Assembly (NCBI RefSeq): GCF_964355755.1
Contig: NC_092673.1
Span: 26,905,648 to 26,969,647 of the forward strand
Source: Antedon mediterranea
Lineage: Eukaryota; Animalia; Echinodermata
DNA: 64,000 nucleotides
Direction of reading: 5' to 3'
This document shows positions 20,471 through 34,629 of the stretch, in pieces. How positions within the stretch are numbered: position 1 is the first letter of the stretch; each line of letters begins with the position of its first letter. The notes below the pieces were generated by a model, which searched no databases, had not been told where the DNA came from, and saw only the letters and a list, made by a program, of their open reading frames with translations. The translations under genes were made by a program, and so were the position numbers.

Positions 20471-22916
20471 TTAAGGTAGCAATGAAGGTAAAACTATGTC
20501 TAAGAATTCTTTAAAATAACAATTTAATATGTGGGACGATTCTGTAAATTGTTAATAAAGCGAAGGGATGAAAAAATGGTTTACAAGTTTACAAACAATT
20601 TATTGTTTAGGCTACGAATTATTATGAAATTTCGCACGAGCACATGAACGTTATCGGATGTCACCATTCTACTCATTTGCATAACAACAGAGTTCAGTGA
20701 ACATTTGCGTTAACGTACTTGCTCGTTTTGATTTCGCGCTTCGACGGGAAGTGTAGAACGCAACGCATGTGTAGCGCACGCAACATACGCCACACGTATT
20801 AAAACAAATCATGGAATACCTTGGGTTTATAGAGACTAAGCCTAGCCAGGCATGTTTAATCATGTTTTGGCTAACGTTTTCATTTACGCTATTTTTAAAA
20901 GATAAGGTTCTCGACGCACGTAACTAAAGTTTTTCGTAATGCTTGCGCACGCACAGCAAGTTGTTTACAAAGTGGGCGGAGCTTGGAAAATAGCGTTAAC
21001 GTGCTTGTGCGAATACTCCCTATATGAGAAGATAAAAACATTATGTTATATAGCCTGTTTTCCACTAGGCAAAATTATTCGCGCAAATCAAACATTTTCG
21101 CGTATACGCGCACGTCAAAGGGAACACTTTGTTGATAAAAAATAAACTGCGCATGCGCGCGTATAGTGCAAAAAATAATAATATTATTATTATTATTATA
21201 TTATAATAATAATAAGAATAAATTCACCTAGTGGAAAATATAACAGGGGATGAAGCTAAGCGAGTTATAATATTGAGCTCAGATACTGTAGTAATTGCTT
21301 AATTCCATGGGTCAGTCGTTTAAATTTGACTAGAAATTTATTTTTAGATGTTTTTATATTAAAACGTAATTCCAAATTATTCAGGACCTTTCAGTTTACC
21401 TTTAAAGTTTGTTTCTCGTAGTAAAATTTACCTTAAATCTGTAAATAGAGAACAATAGGTACATCTGATTGATCTTGCCGACAGATAAAATCTTTGAATT
21501 TCTTACAACTTTGTGGCTCTGGCGCGGAGCGGAAAATAGTTTCCCCAAATTGTTTTTACTTGATTCATAAATATTAGTATCTTAACAGTAGATTGACGAT
21601 TTTTTTATTAAAAAAAAATTCGTCGCACATGAAAAAAAAACGCGTTTGTTTTTACCCTACTTTTTAAGAGTTTTATATATGCTAATTAGTAATTAATTAG
21701 TAAAAATATTAGAATTTCATTAAATTTTTTGAAACTTTACTAAATTATTGTCAAGATGCTAGTTAACGTAAGTGTAAAATATTAAAACGCTAGGTTGCAA
21801 AATTTGGCTTCCAGAGGCTGTTAAACTTAATGTAAATTATACACCAAAAATTAACAAAATTGGCCGAAATCGTTATTTTTCGATTTTCTCGAAAACTAAG
21901 CGATATTTTACCAAACAAACTACACATCAGGTTTACTTACATCAAGGTCTACCAATGTGCAAAATATGAGCCAATTCGAAATTTTGACCCTTGCCGCTAA
22001 ATTACGAATATGTCTGATTTTTGGTGACAAGCACTCTTAAGAGGTATCTGAAAATTTAATTTGTCTGGTTTCATGTAGTGTTTTTTCGCGCCGCGGCTCT
22101 AGCCAGCTATGTCCCAGGAGGACACATTCATTAATAAGCTGTTTCAAAGCGATAGCTTTAGTATCTAAGGCTGACAGTTTTGTGAATTTGGAAACTCAAC
22201 TATAATTTATAGGTAGCTGCTGGACCCAAAAAACGTCTGGGAGAAGAGAGTCTATATGAAAGCCTTTGCTGATAATACAGTATTATTGAGATGTAGACGG
22301 TATTATAATAAGTCACTGTCAAACAATCATTCGATAATGGTCAAAACTTTATTTTGGCTCTGTCAACATAAAGGGAGGTATTTACAATGACTTTCTTTTG
22401 ACTTTCAATCTAGGCCAATGTTATAATAATACGCCGTCAGATATTAAATCATTGAAACAGTCCATGGTAAATTTTGTTTTGGTTATCAGATGCCGTGGGG
22501 GGCCCAATCAATTATCGTCAGAAGGTGAACAATCAGTCTAGGTAGCAGCAGCAGATTATTAGGAACGCCTGCTCCATTAATTAATCCAGAAAAAGGTTTG
22601 TACATTATCTATTTGTTTATTAGCCTTCTCCTAAGGCTAACACAATTATATTTTCTTTAAAAAAAGGTTTTATAAGTGGTTTCAACATTTATGATAGTAA
22701 TGTCACAGTTCTGTGTCTGGACGCAAGTTCATAGACCTACTAGTTATATTATTCAAATTAACTGATACTTACTCTTCATTTACCGTAAAGTTCAGTTTTA
22801 ATGAAATATATAATATAAATTGGCTTCGTAACAATTAATTAGTGTTGAAAAGGTTAGTTTTTTGGTGATAGGTGAAAATGACATGTAACTTCGTAATCAA
22901 TTTTTTTTTTGTATAA

Positions 22917-23277
22917 AGGCCCAATTACACTATGACGATAACGACGGACGATAAATATATAGCATGCATTTTTTTTACATAAACCAAAAGAAATTAGAAA
23001 GGTTTTCGTTCTAGACCTATAGGATAATCATTTATGCTGTCTTTGATAAAAATAATGTTTTTCAAATTCCAATCAAATGATGTCATGATAAATAAAAACA
23101 ATAAAATCGCTGTATTGTCACGATATTATTGGTCTTACTAATCATGACGTCATTTGATTGGACGTGTGAAAATATAATTTTCATCAAAGGAATTGTTTAT
23201 ATTTCTTTTGGTTTATGTATTAAAAATGCACATTTGTCTATTTATCGTCGATCGTTATCGTCCTAGTGTATGGGCCT
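22917..23277. mobile_element. Harbinger-like foldback MITE
   Basis: TIRs AGGCCCA(AT)TACACTATGACGATAACGA / TCGTTATCGTCCTAGTGTATGGGCCT with inverted similarity extending inward. Confidence 0.7.
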
Positions 23278-24464
23278 TATGTTGTAAATGTTCAATTAAT
23301 TGATCATTCCGATTTTATTAGTTGGACTCTTGCACAGTTGCTGTCTAATCGTTGTTATGTAATATCATTTCGAACCATATTAAAATCATAAAGAGATTCA
23401 TATTCCTTAACATGTGGCTGTGCATGGAAGTCCGGTCTACAAAAACTCGGGCCCGGGATCATTGTTATTGGGCCTGAAAGTGTTGGTGAATTCATAATTA
23501 TACTTAATATTATATTTATATATATATAATTATATTATTATACAATTGAAAGCAAAACCCGTTGAATCTCAAATCATTAGGACTAGAAATTTGGCTTATC
23601 AATCAAATAAATACTTTCGTTCAAAATGAAACTCCAACCTCTCTAATCAAAAGATTGAACTCGAAAACGGACCGTTTTTTTTTAATTGGGTATGTTGAAA
23701 CATTTCAATATTCATTTAAAAAAGTACATTAATTGTGGTATTGATCAGTGGCTATAGAGGCGTAAAAACCCTCGGTCAATATCATGTAAAATGCACTGTG
23801 GAAGGGTCATTATTAAGACTGCAAAATTGGGCTTATCAACAAATAAATACTTTCGTTCAAAATGTAAAATCAAGGCGGAAAAATTGGGCTTATCAACAAC
23901 AAAATATTTTATTATTAGACGCGATAACATCAAGGATAATCAGTATAATTATTAATATAGCCACTGTTACTAGTTTTATTCTACATGCTAAAGTAGTAGT
24001 AGTCCACTAGAAAACAAACAAGTCTGAATGTTATGCTTATTAGCCATGTTATGTTTGTTACTGTAGGCCTATGATTGTTTGCAATGTTCACATATTATTT
24101 CCGTGGGCATATCCATAGTGTATCACTCACAAAAAAGACGTGTGAGGTTCTTTCTTTAGATTTTGAAGAATGATTTGTGTTACAGGTTGACACATGAGTC
24201 AAATGCTCAAGATATCGGCTAACGCCATGGGACCCTTGGCTTATCAATGAATAATAAATACAGTACTACTTTCGTTCAATTGAAATCGGAATCTGACCGT
24301 TTCATTAAATTGGGTGTGATTAGGCCTAAACATATAATAATTTATTAAAAAGGTACAATAAAAACAAATGCATCAGAGGCGTAAAGAACCCACGGTCAAT
24401 ATCATGTAAAATTTATATGGTATAAGCACTGTGGAAGGGGTCATTATTATTAAACTGGAAATTC

Positions 24465-24675
24465 GGCTTATCAACAAATAAATACTTTCGTTTAAAATGT
24501 AAAATAAGACTGCAAAATTGGGCTTATCAACAAATAAATACTTTCGTTCAAAATGTAAAATAAGACTGCACAATTGGGCTTATCAACAAAAAAAATACTT
24601 TTTTTTTTTCAAAATGTAAAATTAAGACTGGAAAATTGGGCTTATAAACAAATAAATACTTTTTTTTAAAATGTA
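24465..24675. repeat. About 56-bp tandem repeat (4 copies), further copies near 23590, 23830-23900 and 24240
   Basis: GGCTTATCAACAAATAAATACTTTCGTTCAAAATGTAAAATAAGACTGCAAAATTG. Confidence 0.8.
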
Positions 24676-25820
24676 AGAAAAAATTTTTTAAATATAATCC
24701 TTAAGCTCTGTCTATATACTATCAAACTAAATATGATGTGCCCATATTATATAGACATGACGATGTCCACTACGATATTCGGGCATATCACTACCATATT
24801 TGGGCACATCACACTTTTTTTGTTAAACTAGTTGGGACAGTGTAGACACAGAACTATGTGATTGAAACATAAGTCGGAATTGGACTGACGCGATTGATTT
24901 AATTGGGTATTTTTATTAATGTAATGATTAATTAAAAACTATAATACCGATAAGCGTTTGGTATTGATCAATGGTGCAAAAAACCCTGAGAAATAATGGT
25001 ATAACGCGATTTGGTAATAGCTTAGCAATAATACAACCCATATACTATTATTATAAATACATATTACAAATCCATTCATATAACTTTTCATCGCGAACCG
25101 AAAATGTATAAATGTTATTCTACAGACAGTAATTATATATTCAAATACCATATTATTATTATTATCAATACCTAAATGCGATAGTAATAACCACATAAAC
25201 ATAAATTATTCCCAATACAAGTTCGTGCGTTTAATTCTAGAAAGAAACGACTGTGCTGACAGGCCAATGACATAAATCACAAGTAAAGTCCCAATTGTTC
25301 ACTTGCGTTTTGATTGGCCGACCTATTATATTAGATTAATGAAGACTGTTCTTACAACTGTCCAGTCAAAAAGTTACGCGGCGTTTTTTGTAAGAAATAT
25401 TTCTTGTTTTAAATATGGTGTTCGTCTTTCATCACCCGCGGCAGGAAATCCTTATGAATGTTAATCATAGTACATGTTAGAGTAATAAATATCTTATCTT
25501 ATAATCTCTATCACGGCTATAATTGCGACGACGTGCTGAATGTAAAGTTATATGCTTATTTTGATTATATAAACAAACTTTAAAAATCAATAACGGAATA
25601 CTTGAACTTCCTTCGAAATAAACATATTCCGATATAACGTTGTAATATCGGAATACTTGTGCTTTCTTCGAAATATACATATTCCGATATAACAACGTTA
25701 TATCGGAATACTTGAACTTCCTTCGAAATATACACATTCTGTACACACTGTATCAAATTTCATGAAATAAACCGATGTTTCATTTTGCATTTTAGACACA
25801 GGCGTTTGGGCAATTATATT

Positions 25821-26268
25821 TGTTGGGCTTCGCATGAGTCCGAGCGGTTTAATTATGTAGTCAGATTGGAGAAACGTCCGAGCGGTTTAATATATAAAGT
25901 TATCAGACAAAGATGAACATCAAAAATGCAGTAAAGTTAAAGTAAAAGCATATTTCTTTAAATATATCTTTAACTATTTAAAAAACCCACCCTGGCTTCT
26001 GATTGGCCAACAATATTCCAAGTATATATATTATTATTACTGCCTTTCCGCTGAAAAGTCTGCCGACATTTCCGCTTGGGCTGCTCCGTAAATCTCTTTT
26101 ACTAGTTTCTTCCAGTCCAAGTAGTTCCAAGTAGTTTGATAAATTAGCCTTTTTCAAAAATTGAGACAAAATTACCGTTAACTTTGTCTGGGGCTTTTAT
26201 CTAGGCCACATGGTACCATAACAAAAGGTTACTGGATAATAACCTCTATAGTATGAGTTGTTATCACA
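25821..26268 (-). mobile_element. Solo LTR related to element 2
   Basis: Reverse complement of the element-2 LTR with indels; TG...CA; 5-bp TSD ATATT (25816-25820 / 26269-26273). Confidence 0.92.
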
Positions 26269-26484
26269 ATATTATATTAATATGAAAATATATCTGTATA
26301 ATGAACATGACCTTGGGGGAAAGTATGTAAAATTATTTGAACTTGACCTCATCTGAAATTATAAGGCTATGAATTATAAGCGTATTATATGAACACGCAA
26401 CAAGGGTTGCATATTATTAAATGATTTACAGTGGATTTAGGCCAGCCTAAGGCCTACTTTCTAATCTTATGACCGACGTGTTAC

Positions 26485-26519
26485 CAGGGAGTTGTAAATA
26501 ATTATTTTACAACTCCCTG
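26485..26519. mobile_element. 35-bp hairpin micro-element with 7-bp TSD (P-superfamily-like)
   Basis: CAGGGAGTTGTAAA...TTTACAACTCCCTG flanked by GTGTTAC on both sides. Confidence 0.75.
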
Positions 26520-29428
26520 GTGTTACCATCACTCATTTCGAAATAGGCCACTATACAATCGAATGTTATGTTAAACATTTTTGCAGTAGGAGGCCGGTTA
26601 CACAAACTGATCACATACCAGAATAGCAGTAAACTCGCCGCAAGTCTGTATTATTGTCTTTTTTGTTTTAGTCCACCAGTTTGCGTTTTTATTATCTGAA
26701 AATACGGGCTGATGTATTATACGTATGAAACGCCATATGTGCCAATATATACTTTTTAGTAATTTCGGTCTACTAAAACATATACTAGATCGAATGAAAT
26801 CATTTAAAAACTCTCAACAACGTTTATTGTATTGTAAACGTTATTCAAATGCAAAGCAACTTTTCGATTGGTAACCGTACACCAGGTGATTATTTTCCGT
26901 CAATTTTCGCCACTACCGTAAGTCATTAATTGCAGTATCATTCAGTACTTTATGTAAAGTACCGTACATTAATAATAATTAATTCATGTTATCTCAGACA
27001 GAACCAGCCAAATAATGTAGGCTTAGCAATCAACATTATACCTCTTGAAAACATTGTTATTGTCGCGGTGTTTCACATGCATCACTCATTTCAAAATAAT
27101 CTAATTATGTCATTTTTGCAGGCATGATCACATACCAAGCAAGTAGCATGGTAGCAACATTAATGTAGGACAACTGCTATGTTACTTTGGCTTATCGAAT
27201 GATAAATTGAAAGCACGCATGATATTTCGTTGTTTAACTTGTCGTTCTTAGGAAATGAAGGAATTGCGAGTTTCATATGTCATTAGATCCTTAATTATAT
27301 AACCGATAGACACACCCAGTCGGATACCAACCAATTACAGCACTATATAGAAAGTTAATTAAATCAATGGATAAATGTATGTGACTGATTAATTAACCTC
27401 CTTTAATCTCGTGTCTCTTAGCTTTAAAAACATGTTTTTAATGTACATGTGTCACGTTAGTTTAGTGTCATGTTGATATATTCCTTTTACCAAGGAACCA
27501 ACGCTGGTTTTAAGGCAATTGATGTCTTCTCAATATGCTACTCCACAAACATCCATTTCGATAAGAAACATTCGTGACATTATGTTTATTCAATTAGGCA
27601 AATTGCGGGACCCTGTACACTTACCGAGATTAGCAGGTGTCAATGTTACGGCACATTATCGACATAACTGAAAATGCAACATCGTGATCTAATGGCGATC
27701 GTGGAAAAGCCAAACCAACAAATTCAGCAAATGAGTCGATTATAATGTAGGCTAGAGGGATGTTAAATTGATAGAAGAGTAATTTCACACGTTGCGTCAG
27801 AGGTTAAGCGTGGTTCCCACTGACAACGTAACGCAACGTTACAAAATGCCCTTCCAATAATTGTCTTTGCGCGCGTAAATTGGTAAAGCTTGGTTCCTCT
27901 AGAGAGGCGAAACGCAACGCAATACAAGCAACATTTTGGATCAATCGTGATTGGTCAAATTTGTTGTGTTTACGTCATCACGCTGCGTCTTATTGCGGCT
28001 TTCAAGATTCATATTCCTAATACAGTTGTTTGCTAGTAGTAAACAGGCTGCGCCATTATCTCTAAAAATCTCTCTGGCTTTTTTAAGCATATATAGTTAC
28101 TTCACGCTGGATTTGATCTTAATTTAGTACCTGCTACATCGATAGCGAACTTTCTTGAATCATTGAACATTTCTCTTGGTTATTATTGTACTCATGCACC
28201 TATCGTAATACCCTATTTTATATAAACAGCAAGCAATATAGAAAATCCACACTTTAGCCAGAATCGGAAGTATTGCGTAACTATCATAATACAATTAAAT
28301 AAGGTTGTTGCGTGATAATGCATTCAGCCCAAAAAAACATTTATGCACACTGATTTCATAATTTGTTGATTATTTTCAGATGCTTATTTAATTTTAATCG
28401 TTTTGTTTATTTAAAATTTACAAATCTGATATGTCATTGACCTTTTATTCATTCTTTCATTTGTATCATAATTGGAATTATGTCTGATTTGATTGATGAT
28501 CTTTTCCATTTAGTAATGACAGTTTGCATCTTACGACATCATACTAATTGTGACCATGAATTATTTAATGTTATGTTTTTGTGGAACTATTTAATTTGAT
28601 TTCAATGCTCTCAAGAGTAAACCTACGTGCTTTCAATGTGTAGTACCGTACCGTATATGAACTTTGAAGAAACGTCGTAAGATTTCTGAATCTGAATCAA
28701 GATACATTGAGGTCACATTGACCTACTGTATAGTACATCCTCCTCCGGGAGTTTCTCTATATAGTTCTCTCTATTTCTTCCTCCTTGTGAACATCCTGTG
28801 TATATCTACAGTTTTCCTTGTAAAAAATGTTACGAAGACTTAACAGGTCTACTATAGTATAGGCCTACAGTAAATGATTCTGCTAAATGTGTATTATGTG
28901 CTTTAATTCGGAAATTTGCAAATTTAATTCCACAAGATATGCGCGTAGCCGCGTCAAAACCAAGCATTGACCTATAATAGCATCTGACCATTTTAACAGA
29001 TATTCACGTTTTTACGGTGATTTCTGTTCTGTTTTATGGTAATTTGACCAAATATTGTATCTGACATTCATGCCTGGTGGTGGTGGATGAAGACATCTTT
29101 AATTTGAATCGAATCATTTTACAGTTGGATTGATTCATAGTACACTTGAACGTGGTGCTAAGTATTGGCTAATTTTTCGGGTCACCGTTTCTCATGACCA
29201 AAACACATATCGATTTTCCCCTACAGGCATTGTTATGTCGGTTAGATTTATGGGTGTATGTGGGCGTTTAAACATTTAGTTTTCCATTACTCATCAGGTT
29301 ATTTATTTATTTGTATGTAAAAATGGTTTTGCAGTATAGCATAATTAAAAAAAAAAATCTCCATACAAGATGTGAGCCTATTAACCAAACCGTGTTTGCT
29401 AACTCTGAGTCTGAGTTGGCCAGTGTAA

Positions 29429-29568
29429 AGCTATGTCTACACTATCAAACTTTATGTGACAACAAAGTTTTATGTGCCCAAACATGGTAGTGATATGGCA
29501 TCATCATGTCCATATATGGGCACAAATGGGCACATTCTCACATACAGTTTGATAGTGTAGACAGAGCT
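29429..29568. mobile_element. Harbinger-like MITE (AGCTCTGTCTACACTATCAAACT family)
   Basis: TIR pair; related copies near 6493, 24704-24852, 33015-33142, 47447-47590. Confidence 0.75.
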
Positions 29569-30271
29569 AAGACTTATGCAAACTTGTTTCTGTTATAATG
29601 CCGATTTTTGTCAACTGGTCAACACCAGCAATCTTTTTTTTCAACGACAAACCCCAAGGCTTATACTTCTACGAATACAAATACTTTTCTTGTCAAAGAG
29701 TTTGCTCAAGTTCTCATCGGGATGAATAAATAAAATAAATAAAATAGACGTCTCTAGAACACCAACGTTCTTCCCCAAACAGTCTCTTAGAGTTTGGAAA
29801 TATTCGCTAAAGTGTGCTAGTGTAGACTAGACCACCTTGCATGACGGAATCGAGTGTAGGCACCTGACTTGTAAAAATTAAGTTAATTAATTTTAGGAGA
29901 ATCCGGAATAATTTTGATTTTATAGTTTAACAAGCAACGAATTTGACATAAAAATGCACGCGAGAAGTGCATTACTAAAATCCCTTTCTGCTTCATTGCA
30001 TATTATTTTATTACATGAAACGTGTAATATTGTGACCTATTTCGGTGGGTTTTCCGTCACTGATAATCTATCGTCTTTTAAACGTTGTTAAAGAAGATTT
30101 TCGTTGAAAACCGGTTACTTATAATCAAATTATATGTATATGTATAGTTGTACATGGCTACTCAACAAAATTATCGTTTAAACCGTAGATTAAATATTAT
30201 ATTATAATTATGCTTATTGCATGTCAACTCGTCATAAGGTACGTGTTGACGATGACGCTCAGATTTGTTGT

Positions 30272-30356
30272 AAACAAGGTCATATACATGGCTACAGTCG
30301 CGTTAGTGTTTACCGATCAACTGACCTACCGACCAACCGACCAACTCTGTAGAGTC
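30272..30356 (-). mobile_element. Short Helentron-associated (HINE-like) element fragment
   Basis: AAACAAGGTCATATACATGGCTACAGTCGCG...(ACCG)n-like tract...TGTAGAGTC; related to 52645-52793. Confidence 0.5.
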
Positions 30357-33300
30357 TGGTAATGTGGGTTGCCTGAGATGACGCGACAGTTATGTGATTG
30401 ATCATGAACAATTATAAAATCGAAAGCGCCCTCTGTTTCTCGCGTTTAATCGGTTTTTGCAGCCTGAATTTTAAACGAACTTTTATTCTTCGGTAAGGCA
30501 GAAAATCAATATAATTTGATGTAAGAATCGTGGTGTCTAGGTTAGGATTTCCGTTTCTTTTAAATTCGTGTAAAGAATTTGTCACTCTTTAGCTTTTACA
30601 ACTTGTGTACTGGTATATGATACGAGGTTATATTGCGGTATAGTCTCGAGTTCTTCTGTCGTAAATGTCAACAGTTCAATATTAATACATATTATGTCTT
30701 TCAAGAACCTGTGAAGAATTTCTTTTTACTATGATGTCTATGAAAACGTGAGAATTACAGTGTCTGTCTTTGATGTTTAAACAATAAAAATCCGCATTAT
30801 TATTTCATGGTCATAAATTGTTGGCGTTTACTCAGAGGCGGATCCAGATTTTGTTTTCTGTCGGATATTCATATTTCATTTTAGCTGTCAAGCTAGTTAG
30901 CGCTCCTCTTCGACCCGTCCCTCTTTGCTTTAATTTATAATAATTATACATAATTATGTGATAGGATGTTCTGCTAATTAGTAATTGTTTCCGATCTTTA
31001 CGACCTTGACAGATATAATTACGAAGTTTAACATTAATACTTGTTTATACTAATTTTCCTGTTTTCTGTATAATGTAAAGCCGATTTTCCAACTAGGCGA
31101 TTTTTTTTCCCGAATCGAAAGCGCCAGCTAATACGCATATTTGTGATTTGGAAAATGGAAGCATGAATACGCATGCGTACTAAACTGACGTTTTCTGGAA
31201 ACTTTCTTTCTGCACCAGTTGTCTATCATGATACTTATAGTCATGAAAAAAAATCTCTTACTGTAACGGGCCTATGTGATTTGAACCCACATCCGTGTAT
31301 GGTTAGGCAAACACACATTTTAAAATGTTTACTATTTGTTGTTTGCTGATAAGAAAGAAGTATATAATTTAAAAGTCCAGATATCGATCGTTAACACAGC
31401 TCGGAAATATAAAACTTATTAAACTGTTCTTTTACTGAAAAGTAAAATAGATTTTTATTCTATAAAATAAAGATAGCAAATAAGTTTAATATAAATGTAG
31501 TTTAAATATAGTTTAAAATGTCATGTGACTAAAAAAAATGATAAGGCAGGTGAGATTAAATTAGAACTTTTAATTAAACAATTTAGCGTAAACGAATAGG
31601 ATGTTTTCTGGTAGTTATGAACTGATTTTGCGATTTGTAGAGATGAGCATCCATGACACATTGTTTTGATATCTCATTCCCTCCAGATAATTCACGTTAA
31701 TAAAATTGTAAGTTAAATCTTTCACAAGTTTTCTATCTTTTACCAACACATTTTGATGTAAGAATTCCCCATTGGTTATGAATTCGTTTAGTCCTTGAGC
31801 TTGGCTCCCACTTGGTCACAACGCCAGGACGTAAAAGTGACATAAATTGCTGTTTTATTTTATTTTTTTAAAAATTATTATTATTTTATGTTCTCTTGAG
31901 AATTAAAGAAATTGAACAGAACAGAAACACGGCCTAATGCAGTAAACATTTAAAGAAACATTTTATGGTTCCTATTTTTTGTTTGTTTATTTGGTGTTGT
32001 TCGTGAAATTCTAGTCGTTTATAAATTAAATTTAGTAAGCTACCCAAAGCCTGTTAACAATGGTAGCTCCGGGTATGGTTGAAAATAAATAAATAAATGA
32101 AGATAGTTCTGTGGTCTCAAATGTAACCTTTCATCAGCGCAAACTCAATGGACTAGATATGCACGACAGGCTTAGGCCTATATAGTGATCATCTCACTTG
32201 TACTTAGTATAAAGTACAATTTACTTCAGAGAGTAGGGCAAAACATCTGACCAATTAAAAGGAAAGTTGTTTCGAATTTAAATGTTTTGAAATGCTGCCA
32301 AATGTTGATACTTTCCCAGGTAGTATTATAGTAGATTAATCTAAATATTAGAAAATCAAGTCTGGAAAAACTTTGAACTGGAACAGCTTTCATTTTATGT
32401 CAACTTGTGTATTATGATTCATTGTATTTCTGTTCAGGTGTCAAGTGAAACTTTTGTTAATTTCTATTATCAAATGACTATTTATATTATAACTTTGCAT
32501 GTTAGTTCGTCACATGCTATTTGCGTCGTCACAAATCGAAATTATTTTTAATTGTTTTACGCGACTTTCAAGCACTATTCCTTTTTTTTTAGGTTCGACC
32601 CACTTGTATGATTGTCTTTATTAGTTAAAATGTTTATTTTTACTTTGCATTTAATGTAATATTGTAGTATTATTTAATTTAAAATTCACATTAACATATA
32701 CATCTTCGTCGTGATAGCTTCTGCGAATACCCCAATTTCAAATTTTAAGGAAATCTTAAATGCAGCATAGCATAGCATATCAAGCCAGGCATGCTTTGTA
32801 CATGGTTTGGAAATTTTGGAAAGTCAATTCAATGTTTTCTTTCAAAGATTCTTGAAAATGAATTTAAAAATTAAAGTTAAAAAATTGAATGAAGAAATAA
32901 GATCAAATGTAAATGTTTGCATATCGTTAAAATTGTTTTCATTGTCAACTTGTGTTAGAAATATATTTTTGGAAAATTTACATTTTGGTTCTGAAGTTTT
33001 CGCTCGAGTGTAAAAGCTCTTTCTACACTATCAAACTAGATTGACAAAAAATTATTGATATGCCCAAATATGGTAGTGATATGACATCATCATTTCTATT
33101 TATATATTTTGTTGTCATATAAAGTTTGATAGTGTAGACAGCAATTTAAATGGATGTTGCTCAACGTAATTTAGCAACTGGTGACGACTTTAATATAACA
33201 AATTCAGAAAAACATGTTGTTGACGTCACATTTTGTTGTAATTTTGTCAACTAACATGTTGATATTGTTAGTGTCAGTTTTATTTGTTTTGGGTCAATGG

Positions 33301-34629
33301 AAGTTAATGTCATAATTTAATTTCCTTGACATTTTAGTACAAACTGCCCATTATCACTTAACACTGTTTTTCTTCTGTTTTCAATAAACTTTGATTACGT
33401 TAATCTCTTTGTTGAGAGAAGCAACGCAAGCGAATTGACCAATGACAACCAATAATTCGAATAATCAATCACTTGTGATTGGTCAAATCACATACGTATC
33501 TAATGGGAACCAAGCATTACGGACATTTTTGTCATGCATAATGCTCACAAAACGTGTTGAAGCTTTGGTTGAGTTAAGTGCTTAAATAAAAAAATACAAT
33601 TAACTTTAGACTTTGTTATCAAATTTGTATATAATCTGACTTTGTTATAATACTTAGAAAAACAATACGTTAAACTTTGCTTAGTTACCGTAATTTAGAA
33701 AACTCACTTAAGCCAAATCATTGGCTTAAAACACAATAACAGGCCTATAATGTTTACTAAGCATGTTAATAAATCTCTTCCAACGCAAATTGGTCGGTAC
33801 GTTCGCGCAGATACTGTGCGCGTAACATTAATACCGCTTCGTGCGTAGTGAGTGCCAATGAGGGAAATAGATTAAAAAATAAACGTCAGTATTTTACGAC
33901 AATGCAAATATGGAAATATAATGGCATGATTGTCAATGTTTAAGATGAACATTATTTTTCATACAGTTTTTACAACATTTTCCAGGGATGTTAAAAGTGT
34001 AAACATACGACTTTCTTTCGCACGACATGTCCACATATTATCCCCAAAGGAGTTGTGATGGGCATCATTCTGGATGTCACATCGGATGGATGTGTTGATA
34101 ATGTAGATTTTATGACAGTTTAAAGATTAAATTAACAGATTATCGCTATATTTTTTTTTTAATTCGACACTTGTATAAGCGTAATTGCATATTATTTTAC
34201 ATTCATTTTTTTAAAGTGTCCTACATTAGTTAAATCCCTGGGCGGGCTCTGATTGAAGTACCAGTTGTCTATAGAATTATCATCGGGTCACATAATATTT
34301 AAAAAATAAAACAATATGACACACGCTGTCGTTATATTAAAGATTAACCGTAAAGTAAAATATCAGAAGATATCAACACATTGGTCGATAAAACAGTGTT
34401 AATTTTGATTTATAGCACTTCTAACAATCAGAAGATTGTGCCAAACGTTTAGAAATACAAAAAGTAGATATATCCGACTGGATTACAAAGAAGTAAAGGT
34501 GTCTTTTTAAAATGGATAAAACTTCTATTGAAGGAAGGTGACTCGAGAACAGAATTGGGAATATTGTTACACAAATCAATGAGGCAATAGTCTATGTGCT
34601 ATTCGAAATGAAAACGTTTCTTTTGATTT

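Larger units (their letters stand above)
17291..22036 (+). mobile_element. Sola3-like DNA transposon, internally deleted, with long (about 600-730 bp) TIRs
   Basis: TTAA on both sides (17287-17290 / 22037-22040); GAG...CTC termini; 17291-~17880 strongly inverse to ~21440-22036, decaying further inward; internal transposase remnants. Confidence 0.82.
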
